A stretch of DNA of 64,000 bases, taken from contig JAJPIK010000084.1 of NCBI GenBank assembly GCA_021324795.1, forward strand, positions 15,892 through 79,891. Direction: 5' to 3'. The DNA comes from Chloroflexota bacterium (GTDB lineage: Bacteria > Chloroflexota > UBA6077 > FW602-bin22 > CADDYW01). Made by a program: the position numbers and the translations under genes. Shown here in pieces: positions 1-9,132 of this stretch. Within the stretch, counting starts at the first letter, position 1. Each line of letters starts with the position of its first letter. The notes beneath the pieces are model-generated. The model was not told where the DNA came from. It saw nothing but the letters and a program-made list of their open reading frames with translations, and made no database searches.

Positions 1-555
1 AGTCGTGCTGACATTCTCCGCACCCGGGGAGAGGCTTATCCCCTGCCAGGAGTGGAGCTCAAGCCTCGCATCGGACGGACGATCGGCGACGTTATGCGGA
101 CAGATATCCCGACCGTCGGGCAAGCTGCCCCTCTCGCTGAAGTCCTCGACGCGGTCATCTCGACCCGCCTGAATCGGGCACTCGTCGTCGACGACCATAA
201 CCATCTGGTTGGCGTGGTAACCGATGCCGAGCTTCTCCGCCGGCTCAGCCCCGAAGATCACCCGAGCATCATCCGCATTCTCATGAGTCGCCTGCCCTTT
301 GTCCATCTCAGTCCTGAGGAGCAAAGCAACCTGGCCCATGCGCTTGGAACAACCGCGGCACAACTCATGGACCGGGATATTCCCACTGTCCACGCTGATA
401 CACCGCTGGGGGAGGCAATTGAGATCATGCTGCGTGATCGACGAAAAATTCTACCAGTGGCTGATGCAAATGGCCGGCTTCTTGGCGCCGCCGATCGTGC
501 CGACCTGCTACGAACTCTGGTAGCGATCGATGAACATACCGGGCAGACGACATGA
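1..555 (+). CDS. CBS-domain pair protein, 5' end cut by window edge
   Basis: The frame is open from base 1; the track ORF 52..555 begins at an internal GTG. Two CBS-type repeats are present (IPTVGQAAPLAEVLDAVISTRLNRALVVDDHNHLVGVVTDAELL and IPTVHADTPLGEAIEIMLRDRRKILPVADANGRLLGAADRADLL). Confidence 0.7.
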   Translation, partial: SRADILRTRGEAYPLPGVELKPRIGRTIGDVMRTDIPTVGQAAPLAEVLDAVISTRLNRALVVDDHNHLVGVVTDAELLRRLSPEDHPSIIRILMSRLPFVHLSPEEQSNLAHALGTTAAQLMDRDIPTVHADTPLGEAIEIMLRDRRKILPVADANGRLLGAADRADLLRTLVAIDEHTGQTT

Positions 556-607
556 CCGTTATAATTGTGTCACTTGAGCCAGCACACCAGATAAAATTGG
601 CAGATAG

Positions 608-639
608 CCCTCACCCTCGCTTTCTTGCCAGGGGGAGGG
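608..639. repeat. Short palindromic element, copy A (CCCTCACCCT-N12-AGGGGGAGGG)
   Basis: The 10-nt arms are complementary at 9 of 10 positions. It lies directly 5' of ilvD. Related copies are at 35190..35218 and 48773..48803. Confidence 0.5.
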
Positions 640-666
640 AATTATGAGCGGAGCACAGGTGACCTA

Positions 667-2340
667 ATGCGCAGCGATCGGATCAAGCGAGGTTTTGAGC
701 GTGCCCCTCATCGGGCGTTGTTGAAGGCGACCGGCGTCATTCAGAGTGATGACGATTTTCGCAGGCCTTTCATTGCCATCGCCAACTCCTACGTCGACAT
801 CATTCCCGGCCACGTCCATCTCAAAGAGTTTGGCGAGGTAGTCCGCAAGGCGGTCCGCGAGGCGGGCGGTGTTCCATTCATGTTCAACACGATCGGAGTC
901 GACGACGGCATTGCCATGGGGCACCTGGGCATGAAGTACTCGCTTCCCAGCCGCGAGCTGATCGCCGATGCTGTCGAGACGATGGTCATGGCCCACTGGT
1001 TCGATGGCATGATCTGCATTCCCAACTGCGACAAGATCGTGCCGGGGATGCTCATGGCCGCGATGCGATTGAACATTCCCACCATTTTCGTCAGCGGTGG
1101 TCCGATGCGGGCCGGGGTTACCCCCGAAGGGAAAATCGTCGACTTGATCTCGATCTTCGAGGGGGTCGGCGCCTACCAGGCGGGACGGATCACCGACCAG
1201 GAGCTGAAAACGCTCGAAGACTTTGGCTGTCCGACCTGTGGCTCCTGCTCGGGCATGTTCACCGCCAATTCGATGAACTGCCTCTGCGAAGCACTCGGCA
1301 TGGCACTGCCCGGCAACGGTACGATCCTCGCCTTGGATCCCCGGCGAGAAGAGCTCGCCCAGAAGGCCGCCAAGCGCCTCATGACCATGGTCGAGGAGGA
1401 TCTCAAGCCCCGCGACATCGTCACCCCCGAAGCGATCGATAATGCCTTCGCCCTCGACATGGCGATGGGCGGCTCGACCAACACCGTGCTGCACACGATC
1501 GCTCTGGCACGCGAGGCCGGGATCGACTATCCCCTCAGTCGGATTGATCAAGTCGCCGATCGGGTCCCGTGTATCTGCAAGGTCAGTCCGTCGTCGCACT
1601 ATCACATTGAAGACGTCGACCGCGCTGGCGGTGTTTCGGCAATCCTCCACGAGCTGGCGAAGCGGCCGGGCATCTTGCACCTCGATCAACGCACCGTCAC
1701 CGGCCAGACTCTTGGCGAAAACGTCGCCGGCTGTCCGAGCAAAGATACCGATTGCATTCGTCCCCTGGAAAATGCCTACAGCCAGACCGGTGGCCTGGCA
1801 ATCCTCTTTGGTAACCTCGCCCCGGAAGGAGCGGTGGTCAAATCGGCCGGGGTGCTGCCGAATCTGCTCCGGCACCGGGGTCCGGCCATCGTCTACGATT
1901 CGCACGACGCGGCGAATCAAGGCATTTTGTCTGGCGAAGTTCAGCCCGGTCAGGTCGTGGTTATTCGTTACGAGGGGCCAAAAGGCGGACCGGGCATGCA
2001 AGAAATGCTCGCGCCGACTTCGAACATCATGGGCATGGGGCTTGGCGACAAGGTCGCGCTGATCACCGATGGTCGCTTCTCCGGCGGCACGCGTGGCGCC
2101 TGCATCGGCCACGTCTCGCCAGAAGCTGCCTCTGGTGGGCCAATCGGTCTGATCCGCAATGGCGACGTCATCACGATCGACATTCCGAATCGTCGCCTCG
2201 ACGTCGAGCTGAGCGAAGCCGAGCTCGAGCGACGTCGTCAGGAGTGGAAGCCGCCAGTCCGCGCGGATCTCTCCGGCTGGCTCGCCCGCTATGCGAAGAT
2301 GGTCACCTCCGGCAGCCAGGGGGCGGTGCTGGAGATTTAA
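667..2340 (+). CDS. ilvD: Dihydroxy-acid dehydratase
   Basis: IlvD/Edd family over its full length, with motifs [24 protein letters not shown] and GGPGMQEML. Start moved from the TTG at 625 to the ATG at 667 ([19 protein letters not shown]), which has AGGTGA 5 nt upstream. Confidence 0.93.
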   Translation: MRSDRIKRGFERAPHRALLKATGVIQSDDDFRRPFIAIANSYVDIIPGHVHLKEFGEVVRKAVREAGGVPFMFNTIGVDDGIAMGHLGMKYSLPSRELIADAVETMVMAHWFDGMICIPNCDKIVPGMLMAAMRLNIPTIFVSGGPMRAGVTPEGKIVDLISIFEGVGAYQAGRITDQELKTLEDFGCPTCGSCSGMFTANSMNCLCEALGMALPGNGTILALDPRREELAQKAAKRLMTMVEEDLKPRDIVTPEAIDNAFALDMAMGGSTNTVLHTIALAREAGIDYPLSRIDQVADRVPCICKVSPSSHYHIEDVDRAGGVSAILHELAKRPGILHLDQRTVTGQTLGENVAGCPSKDTDCIRPLENAYSQTGGLAILFGNLAPEGAVVKSAGVLPNLLRHRGPAIVYDSHDAANQGILSGEVQPGQVVVIRYEGPKGGPGMQEMLAPTSNIMGMGLGDKVALITDGRFSGGTRGACIGHVSPEAASGGPIGLIRNGDVITIDIPNRRLDVELSEAELERRRQEWKPPVRADLSGWLARYAKMVTSGSQGAVLEI

Positions 2341-2345
2341 TCAGT

Positions 2346-3176
2346 TCATGCTGTCTGGACTAGCTTAGTCCGCCGATGTAGGCGTGACCCGAGAAGCCGC
2401 GCGAGCAGATAGCAGGCGAAGCCGACCGAGGCAATGTAGAAGCTGACCGGAAACTTGGTGTAGTAGGCTAGGGTAATCCCGACCCAGGTTTCCAAGAGCG
2501 CGAGGATGACACTCAGAGCAATCGCCGACGACGGACGGCTCGCCAGGTAACCGGCCGTGGCCGCGGGGGCGACAATCAGGGTGAAAACGAGCAAGACACC
2601 GACTACCTGCACTGCTTCCGCGACGGCGACAGCGACGACAACCATGAATAGCGCAGAAAGTAGATCGACCGGCACGCCCCGGGCAGCGGCAACTTCCGGA
2701 TCCACCGACGCGAAGATGAGGGGGCGATACAAGAAGGCGATCGCCATCAGGACGATGATTCCAAGGACAAAGCTAATCGCAACGTCGGTCGTGCTCACGC
2801 CAAGAATCGTACCAAACAGGATATTATAGGCCTGGGTCGCGTAACGTGTGTAGAGCGACAAGAACAAGGCTCCCATCCCCAGCGCAAATGCTAGGACAAT
2901 TCCGATTGCGACGTCGCGGCCACGCACCCGCTCCCCGAGCAGGCCCATCGCCAAGCCACTGGCCACTGTAAAAGTGAGCAATCCGAACAGCGGATCGACG
3001 CTGAGCAGGACCGCTCCGGTCGCCCCGGCGAAGCCAATGTGCGATAAGGCGTGCGCCGCGAAGCTGAGTCCGCGCAGGACGACGAAGAAGCCGACGATCG
3101 CGCTGACGATCGCGATGATCGTGCCAGCCGCGTAAGCGTTCTGCATAAAGTCGTATTGGAGTGGCTCGAAGATCAC
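2346..3176 (-). CDS. Metal (Zn/Mn-type) ABC transporter permease, ABC-3 family
   Basis: Polytopic membrane protein with the typical N-terminus EPLQYDFMQNAY. A GTG start at 3176 follows GAGGAAAG and overlaps the upstream stop as GTGA. The track ORF extends to 3209. Confidence 0.85.
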   Translation of the reverse strand: MIFEPLQYDFMQNAYAAGTIIAIVSAIVGFFVVLRGLSFAAHALSHIGFAGATGAVLLSVDPLFGLLTFTVASGLAMGLLGERVRGRDVAIGIVLAFALGMGALFLSLYTRYATQAYNILFGTILGVSTTDVAISFVLGIIVLMAIAFLYRPLIFASVDPEVAAARGVPVDLLSALFMVVVAVAVAEAVQVVGVLLVFTLIVAPAATAGYLASRPSSAIALSVILALLETWVGITLAYYTKFPVSFYIASVGFACYLLARLLGSRLHRRTKLVQTA

Positions 3177-4033
3177 TTTCTTTCCTCTTTGCCCTGGTGG
3201 TGCGACCACTCATCCGGCGACGAGACAAATACCTGCCCCTGGACTTCGATGACCTCCACCGGCGCGCCGTAGAGCCGGCTGAGCACGTCACTTCGGATGA
3301 CCTCGGAGACCGGCCCAATCGCCGCGTGACCGCCGGCCAAATACCAGACCCGATCCATTACGCCAAGCAGTGGATTTACACCGTGAGTGACAAAGAGGAC
3401 GGCAAGTTGATGCTCACGGCGCACCCGATCCACCAGCTCGACGATCTCGCGCTGGCTGCGCACGTCGAGACTCGCCAACGGCTCGTCGAGGAGCAAGAGC
3501 GACGGCTCACCCAGCAGCGCCTGGGCGATCGCCAGGCGCTGCTGCTCGCCGCCCGAAAGCTGGCCAAGTGGCGCATCGGCAAACGCTCGGGCTCCCACCG
3601 CCTCAAGCATCGCCTCGATCTGCACGCGACGACTCTTCGAGGGTAAGCCCAACCCCCAGCGATGTCCGTCTAGCCCCAGGCCAGCGAACTCGCGTGCGGT
3701 CATCGGTAGATCCCGATCGAACGCGCGATGCTGCGGGCAATAGCCGATACGAGGATTACCGCGCCGCAAGGGCTCGCCCTGGAGGAAGACCTCGCCCTTG
3801 GCGGGACGCAGCAAGCCGAGCAAGACCCGCAAGAGCGTGCTCTTGCCTGCGCCGTTCGGCCCGAGGACGCCAACGAACTCGTTCCGCCAGATCTGGGCAG
3901 AAACTTCCTCTAGCACGGTCCGATTGCCGAGCTGGACCGTTACCTCTCGCACGTCAATCAGCGGAACGGTACCCACGCGGGGGTCAGGGTTGACCAAAGT
4001 TGTTCTCACATTGGCTCTCAAAGTCGTTGTCAT
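3173..4033 (-). CDS. Metal ABC transporter ATP-binding protein
   Basis: Walker A GPNGAGKST, signature LSGGEQQR, Walker B LLLLDEP. Overlaps the upstream binding-protein gene as ATGA. Confidence 0.9.
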   Translation of the reverse strand: MTTTLRANVRTTLVNPDPRVGTVPLIDVREVTVQLGNRTVLEEVSAQIWRNEFVGVLGPNGAGKSTLLRVLLGLLRPAKGEVFLQGEPLRRGNPRIGYCPQHRAFDRDLPMTAREFAGLGLDGHRWGLGLPSKSRRVQIEAMLEAVGARAFADAPLGQLSGGEQQRLAIAQALLGEPSLLLLDEPLASLDVRSQREIVELVDRVRREHQLAVLFVTHGVNPLLGVMDRVWYLAGGHAAIGPVSEVIRSDVLSRLYGAPVEVIEVQGQVFVSSPDEWSHHQGKEERK

Positions 4034-5094
4034 TGTCCACTCAGTGCCTGCTGCAAGGTCTTGAGCTGATCAAGCATCCATTGTTGGTAGGTGATGCCGT
4101 CGGGTTCGGTTTCCGAAACCGCGACGATCGGCACCTGGTTCTGCTTGGCGAGATTCTGCATCTGTGTCGTGATCGGCGTGATCGTTTGGCGGTTGTAGAT
4201 CAGCACCTTGATCGTATGCGAGGTAATCTCCTGGCGAAAAGTCGCGACCGCCGAGGCCGGGGGGTCGTTTCCTTCTTCCACGGCGCGCTGGAAATCACCT
4301 TCCTTGTCGATAATGTCGAGGCCAATTGCTTCAGCCATATAATCGAACACCGGCTCGGTCGGTAGTACTTTCGTCCCGCGGTATTTCGTTTTCATGGCGG
4401 CGACCTGATCATCGACGGCTTTCTCTGAAGCGTCGAAGCGCTGCAGCCGTCCGGCGAAATAGGCCGAATCAGACGGATCGATCTCGCTCAGCGTCTGGGC
4501 GATCTTTTGGGCGACTTTTGGCATCGTCGAAGGGTCGTACCACAGGTGCGGGTTGTCGCCATCCGTGTGGCCGGTGAGCTGGCTCACCTCGATGACGATC
4601 CGGTTGGGGCGCGGCGATGCCGAGAGCAGCTTGTCGACAAAAGCGTCGTAGCCGAGACCATTCTTGATTACGATCTGTGCACTGCCGATCGCCTTGGCAT
4701 CGTCGACGCTCGATTCATATTCATGCGGATCAACGTTCGGATCCTTCAAGATGCTCACCACCCTGACCCGGTCACCACCAATCTGAGTGGCCACGTCACC
4801 GTAGAAATTTTCCGCAGCAACGATCGAAATTGGCGACGACTTTACCGTTGGCGAAAGGATCGTCGTCACAGTTGGTGCTGGAGCCATGGTCGGCAGCGTA
4901 GTCGCAGTAGATGGTACCGGCCGATTCGGCACCGCCTGAGTAGTTGACATGGGAGCCAACCTGGACGGGGTACCGGCACAGGCAACACCAAGCGGAAGCA
5001 AGACAATCAGCGCCAGCTCAGGAAGGACAGCCCGGGCGAGGAATCTCCGCCAGCTAGAAGGACTAAAAACCCGAAACACCTTGACCTCTCCCAA
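4030..5094 (-). CDS. Cluster-9 (TroA/ZnuA-like) metal-binding lipoprotein
   Basis: Lipobox LGVAC, a Pro/Thr linker, and the motifs AENFYGDVATQIGGDRV, DPHEYE and NPHLWYDP. No His-rich loop is visible, so Zn versus Mn specificity is open. An alternative GTG start at 5079 follows GGAGAGG. Confidence 0.85.
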   Translation of the reverse strand: MGEVKVFRVFSPSSWRRFLARAVLPELALIVLLPLGVACAGTPSRLAPMSTTQAVPNRPVPSTATTLPTMAPAPTVTTILSPTVKSSPISIVAAENFYGDVATQIGGDRVRVVSILKDPNVDPHEYESSVDDAKAIGSAQIVIKNGLGYDAFVDKLLSASPRPNRIVIEVSQLTGHTDGDNPHLWYDPSTMPKVAQKIAQTLSEIDPSDSAYFAGRLQRFDASEKAVDDQVAAMKTKYRGTKVLPTEPVFDYMAEAIGLDIIDKEGDFQRAVEEGNDPPASAVATFRQEITSHTIKVLIYNRQTITPITTQMQNLAKQNQVPIVAVSETEPDGITYQQWMLDQLKTLQQALSGQ

Positions 5095-5239
5095 TGCGAC
5101 TCGCTCTCAGCAAAACCGGCAAAATACACCCCTTAACAAACCTCCTTGTCAGTACCGGCGGTTGATTCTCTTCCCTCCCCTTATCCTGGCCAGTAGCAAT
5201 GCGATTGATTCTCAATAGGCTGCGCAAAAAAAGGGACGG

Positions 5240-5662
5240 TCAGCGCCGACACGCCGCGCAGCGCCCATAAAATTCGAGGATGTGACTCTCAACGTCAAAG
5301 TGACTTTGTTCGTGAATCGCATTGGCGACCGGCTCGAGCAAACAGGAATCGACGTCGGCAACGCGCCAACAACCGGTGCAGATGATGTGGTGGTGGTGCT
5401 CGGGACGGCAAGCGATGTAGCGTGCCTCATCGCCGGACTGGTGGACCGGCTCGGCAAGGTGAAGCTCAGACATCAACTCTAAGGTTCGATAAATACTTGC
5501 CAGGCTTACCCCGCGCTCGGCCAACACCTGATGCAAATCGTTGGCCGTCATCGCACGTGACTGATCGACGAGTGTCTCGATGACCAAACGACGTGGCTGG
5601 GTGAGTTTGTGGCCGTGTGCTTGCAGCGCGGCGAAAACGTCTCGCGGCGTAGTGCGAATCAT
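5240..5662 (-). CDS. Fur-family metalloregulator (Zur-like by context)
   Basis: Fur-type winged helix plus two CxxC pairs (CTGC and CAAC) and an HHHH run. It sits upstream of, and co-oriented with, the metal importer. The ATG at 5662 is preferred over the TTG at 5668. Confidence 0.85.
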   Translation of the reverse strand: MIRTTPRDVFAALQAHGHKLTQPRRLVIETLVDQSRAMTANDLHQVLAERGVSLASIYRTLELMSELHLAEPVHQSGDEARYIACRPEHHHHIICTGCWRVADVDSCLLEPVANAIHEQSHFDVESHILEFYGRCAACRR

Positions 5663-5670
5663 TTGCAATT

Positions 5671-5699
5671 ATCATACTCGCTGAAGGAGCGGTTGTCAA
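5671..5699 (-). promoter_or_regulatory. Sigma70-type promoter TTGACA-N17-TATGAT for the Fur-family gene (leaderless geometry)
   Basis: On the minus strand the -35 is TTGACA (5699..5694), the spacer is 17 nt and the -10 is TATGAT (5676..5671). Only 8 nt separate the -10 from the ATG at 5662. Confidence 0.5.
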
Positions 5700-6090
5700 C
5701 GGTTTTCGTCCGCCCTGCCGCCTGGGCGGCCTCGACCACGACGACTCGTACCCAGGGACGCCTTTTGCGTCTCTTGCCGCTCTTGCGTTTGCCGGCGCTC
5801 GCGTTATTGCCGAGTGCCATCCCTGCCCCGGAAGCCCCGTGATCAGCGCGGGGGAAACGGTCCATGTCCACTCCGATTTCGGCGACGAGGGCCTCAACAT
5901 ACCGACAGAACCCTACCTCCGCCCGGATCGTCGCCGATCCAACTTACACCGATTCGCCTCCCTTTTCATCGGCGGTGGTCATCCCCAGGACGAAGGTTAA
6001 CTCTGGGCCAATGTCCGTGGGCGAGTAGTAAAAAGCAGGGCAGTAAGGCCGAACCGCGGTAGATCTCCTATGGGATGAGGCAGTCACGAG

Positions 6091-6118
6091 TTGACAGGTC
6101 AGCCCTGACCGGTACAAT
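6091..6118 (+). promoter_or_regulatory. Promoter TTGACA-N16-TACAAT with embedded palindrome GGTCAG-CC-CTGACC
   Basis: -35 at 6091..6096, palindrome at 6097..6110, -10 at 6113..6118. A degenerate second copy, GGTCACGGCTGAAC, lies at 6121..6134. Confidence 0.5.
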
Positions 6119-6179
6119 CAGGTCACGGCTGAACGACGACGCCATTTGGTGCCAGCAAGCTCATTTCTGGAGAGAAACC

Positions 6180-7664
6180 GTGAAAGTCCTATTCGTCATC
6201 CTCGATACCTTGAGGCCGGATTACCTCGAGCCCTACGGCAGCGATTGGGTCAAGACTCCCAACATCGCCCGCCTGGCCGAGCAATCGGTCGTCTGCGATA
6301 ACCACTGGGTTGGCTCATTGCCCTGTATGCCGGCCCGTCGCGAGTTCATGACCGGTCGCCACAACTTCCTCGAGCGTGGCTGGGGGCCACTCGAGCCTTT
6401 CGACGACGTTCTTCCCCACCTGCTGCGCCAGGTCCAGCCCAAAGGGATCTTCTCGCACCTGATCACCGACCATTACCACTATTTCTATCTGGGCGGCGAA
6501 GGCCACAATAACAGCTTCAGCACCTGGCAGTTCGAACGCGGCCAGGAAAATGACTTCTGGGTGAGTCGGGTCGATCTGCCGGCCCTGCCCGCGCAGATGG
6601 GGCGCTTAAAGGATCGTCCTCAGAACGCGCTGAATCGCCTCGCCCAGCGCGAAGAGCACGAATTCTCCGGCCCCCGTTGTGTCCAGCATGCCGTTCAATG
6701 GCTCGAGGACAACCAGGGCAGCGACAACTGGTTCCTCCAATTGGAGCTATTCGATCCCCATGAACCGTTCTACGTCGTCCAGAAGTACCTCGACATGTAT
6801 GGCGACACGTGGGACGGCCCGATCTACGACTGGCCGGACTACGGCGTCGTCAAGGACTCGCCAGAGGCGATCGCTCACATCCGGAAGTGCTACGCTGCGC
6901 TGGTAACGATGACCGACCACTGGCTCGGCAAGCTCTGGGACAAGCTCGACGCGCTCAATCTCTGGAAAGACACGATGGTCGTTTTGACCACCGACCACGG
7001 CACGATGCTGGGCGAGCACCAGTACTGGATGAAGAACATGATGCCTGTCTACAACGAGATCGCCCGGATCCCGCTGATCGTCCACCTGCCGGGATCGCAG
7101 CGGGCCGGATCGCGGGTCACGGCGCTCACCCAAACCACTGACGTCATGCCGACCTTTCTCGACTACTTCGCTGCGCCGGTCCCGCCACACCTCCATGGAA
7201 CCTCGCTCCGCCCAGCGCTCGAGGCCAACCAGTCAGTACACGACTCGATTATTTATGGCTACTTTGGCATGGCGCTCAACGCGACCGACGGACGCTACAC
7301 CTACTTCCGCAACCCAGTGAAGGCAGAGACGATCGTCCACGCTTACACCAGCATGCCTACTCAGTTCCACGGGTTCATGCCGCGTGAGGAGCTCGCCGAC
7401 GCTGAGATGGGCCGCTTCCTTGGTCACACCTACAACATCCCGGTCTACAAGATTCCGACGAAAGGTCGGCCGCCTCACCGGCACGAGCAAGGCCCGAATG
7501 GGGAATACGTCGCGGTCCACGAACTCTACGACATCGTTGCCGACCCGAAGCAAGAGCATCCGTTGAGCGATCCCTCCCTGGAAGCCCACTTCCAGGATCT
7601 ATTGCGCGCTCATTTGGAACGGGTGAAGGCGCCAGAGGGACATCTGGAGCGACTAGGGTTGTGA
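6180..7664 (+). CDS. Cys-type sulfatase (alkaline-phosphatase superfamily)
   Basis: Formylglycine motif C-x-P-x-R (SLPCMPARREFMTGR), plus VILDTLRPDY and LTTDHG. The GTG start at 6180 follows GGAGAG. The longer track ORF from 6075 would contain the predicted promoter. Confidence 0.85.
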   Translation: MKVLFVILDTLRPDYLEPYGSDWVKTPNIARLAEQSVVCDNHWVGSLPCMPARREFMTGRHNFLERGWGPLEPFDDVLPHLLRQVQPKGIFSHLITDHYHYFYLGGEGHNNSFSTWQFERGQENDFWVSRVDLPALPAQMGRLKDRPQNALNRLAQREEHEFSGPRCVQHAVQWLEDNQGSDNWFLQLELFDPHEPFYVVQKYLDMYGDTWDGPIYDWPDYGVVKDSPEAIAHIRKCYAALVTMTDHWLGKLWDKLDALNLWKDTMVVLTTDHGTMLGEHQYWMKNMMPVYNEIARIPLIVHLPGSQRAGSRVTALTQTTDVMPTFLDYFAAPVPPHLHGTSLRPALEANQSVHDSIIYGYFGMALNATDGRYTYFRNPVKAETIVHAYTSMPTQFHGFMPREELADAEMGRFLGHTYNIPVYKIPTKGRPPHRHEQGPNGEYVAVHELYDIVADPKQEHPLSDPSLEAHFQDLLRAHLERVKAPEGHLERLGL

Positions 7665-7859
7665 GCATCGACGGTCCAGATTCCTGACCTTTGATGGACC
7701 CGGACCGCCTACCAGACAAATGCCGATGCGCGGCAGGACATGGGGCGAGGGGCAGAAATGAGATAGTGCCCATCGCACGGCCGAGTGCAAAGGGAAGAGC
7801 TATACAGTTTGGCGGCTCAACTTCTACCTGAACACAAAGATCATGCGGCGAGGTAAAAC

Positions 7860-9014
7860 GTGTATCGCACCGCCATCATCGCTTGCGGCAACATCGCCCG
7901 GGTGCACGCGCGGGCCTGGCAGAACGTGCCGGGCCGACCGGTCGAGATCGGCGCCATTGCCGATACCCATCCGGACGCACGCCGGGAGTTTGGCACCTTT
8001 TTTGGGGTTCCGGAAGACAAGTGGTATAGCGACTATCGCGAGATGCTCGACAAGGAGCGGCCGGACTTCGTCGACGTCTGCTCCTGGCACGGCCTACACG
8101 CTGAGATGGTGATCGCGGCAGCGGCACGCCGCCCCAAGGCGATCGTCTGCCAGAAACCGATGGCGCTGAGCCTGGGCGACGCCGAGAAGATGATGATCGC
8201 CTGCGATCGCAACAATGTAAAGCTGGTGATCGCCTACCAGCGGCCCCACCACGCCACCTGGCTGAAGGCGCGCGACCTCATCCGGGAAGGAGCGATTGGC
8301 AAGATCGTCCAGATCTCCCTCAGCGACGGCACGCTGCTGAACACGAATTCTCACAACATTCAGCTTGCGCTCTTTTTGACCGGTAATCCGCGCGTCGAAT
8401 GGGTGATGGGCGCGGTCGAACGGACAACCGAGGCGATGGAGCGGGGATTCCCGACCGAAGATCGTTCGCTGGCCCTGGTCGGTCTCGAGGGAGGGGCGCA
8501 GATCCTCATTCAAGGCGGATTCCGCAACCCCTACCGAACCGGCCAGGGGGCACGGGTAGTCGGTACCGACGGGATCATGGAACTGGGAACCGGCCGCCCA
8601 CCGAACGACGAGCTACGCTCAGATGGCGACATGTGGCAGCCAGAAGGCTCGTCGGCAAAGTATAACGACGAGTGGGGCTGGGTGCGCTACCTGAACGCCT
8701 CGAGCAACGGCTGGCAGAACGTCGCGGCGCCCTGGCACGACGCCTGGGTTCACCAGTGCCAGGAGACGATTGCCTGGGTCGAGGGCAAGCTCGATGATCC
8801 CCTCAGCACGGCGGCCAAAGCTTATGCGACTCAGGAAGTCATGATGGCCCTCTACGAGTCGGCCCGCAAGCGTCAGCGTATTGACCTTCCTCTGAAGACC
8901 CGAGTCAATCCCTTGCAGCTCATGGTCGACAACGGCGACCTACCGGTCGAATGGCCCGGTCCTTACGAACTGCGCGCCCGGATCGTCCGGGGCGAAGGGA
9001 TGTCCTGGGAGTAG
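7860..9014 (+). CDS. Gfo/Idh/MocA family oxidoreductase
   Basis: N-terminal Rossmann segment TAIIACGNIARVHARAW and the family-typical EKPMAL-like segment (CQKPMALSLGDAEKM). Confidence 0.8.
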   Translation: MYRTAIIACGNIARVHARAWQNVPGRPVEIGAIADTHPDARREFGTFFGVPEDKWYSDYREMLDKERPDFVDVCSWHGLHAEMVIAAAARRPKAIVCQKPMALSLGDAEKMMIACDRNNVKLVIAYQRPHHATWLKARDLIREGAIGKIVQISLSDGTLLNTNSHNIQLALFLTGNPRVEWVMGAVERTTEAMERGFPTEDRSLALVGLEGGAQILIQGGFRNPYRTGQGARVVGTDGIMELGTGRPPNDELRSDGDMWQPEGSSAKYNDEWGWVRYLNASSNGWQNVAAPWHDAWVHQCQETIAWVEGKLDDPLSTAAKAYATQEVMMALYESARKRQRIDLPLKTRVNPLQLMVDNGDLPVEWPGPYELRARIVRGEGMSWE

Positions 9015-9081
9015 GAAAGCTGCTCAGGAGAAGAGCACAGGCTCGTTCCACAAAAGAAAAGAATCTCGGCCCCTTGAAGTG

Positions 9082-9122
9082 ATCGAGAAGCCGAGGGGCA
9101 TGTGGCCCCTCGGCTTCTCGAT
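9082..9122. terminator. Perfect 18-bp hairpin between convergent genes
   Basis: ATCGAGAAGCCGAGGGGC, loop ATGTG, then GCCCCTCGGCTTCTCGAT. No clear U-tract on either strand. Confidence 0.5.
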
Positions 9123-9132
9123 GAGTTGGGAG

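Noticed and set aside
625-669. TTG-initiated N-terminal extension of ilvD, and a 7-codon mini-ORF (644..667, MSGAQVT) whose TAA overlaps the ilvD ATG
   Set aside because: The extension is Gly-rich and lies inside the palindromic element. The mini-ORF has no Ile/Val/Leu enrichment expected of an ilv leader peptide, so it is probably fortuitous.
664-2112. 482-aa ORF antisense to ilvD
   Set aside because: It is an Arg/Gly/Ala/Asp-rich shadow ORF of the kind expected opposite a high-GC3 gene. The ilvD frame carries unmistakable family motifs.
5659-5871. Lys/Arg-rich 70-aa ORF upstream of the Fur-family gene, considered as a Zn-independent ribosomal-protein paralogue
   Set aside because: It resembles no L31, L33, L36, S14 or S18 sequence that I know. 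It overlaps the predicted promoter and other junk ORFs.
6075-6179. 35-codon N-terminal extension of the sulfatase
   Set aside because: It contains a near-consensus promoter and has no signal-peptide character. The GTG at 6180 has a proper Shine-Dalgarno sequence.
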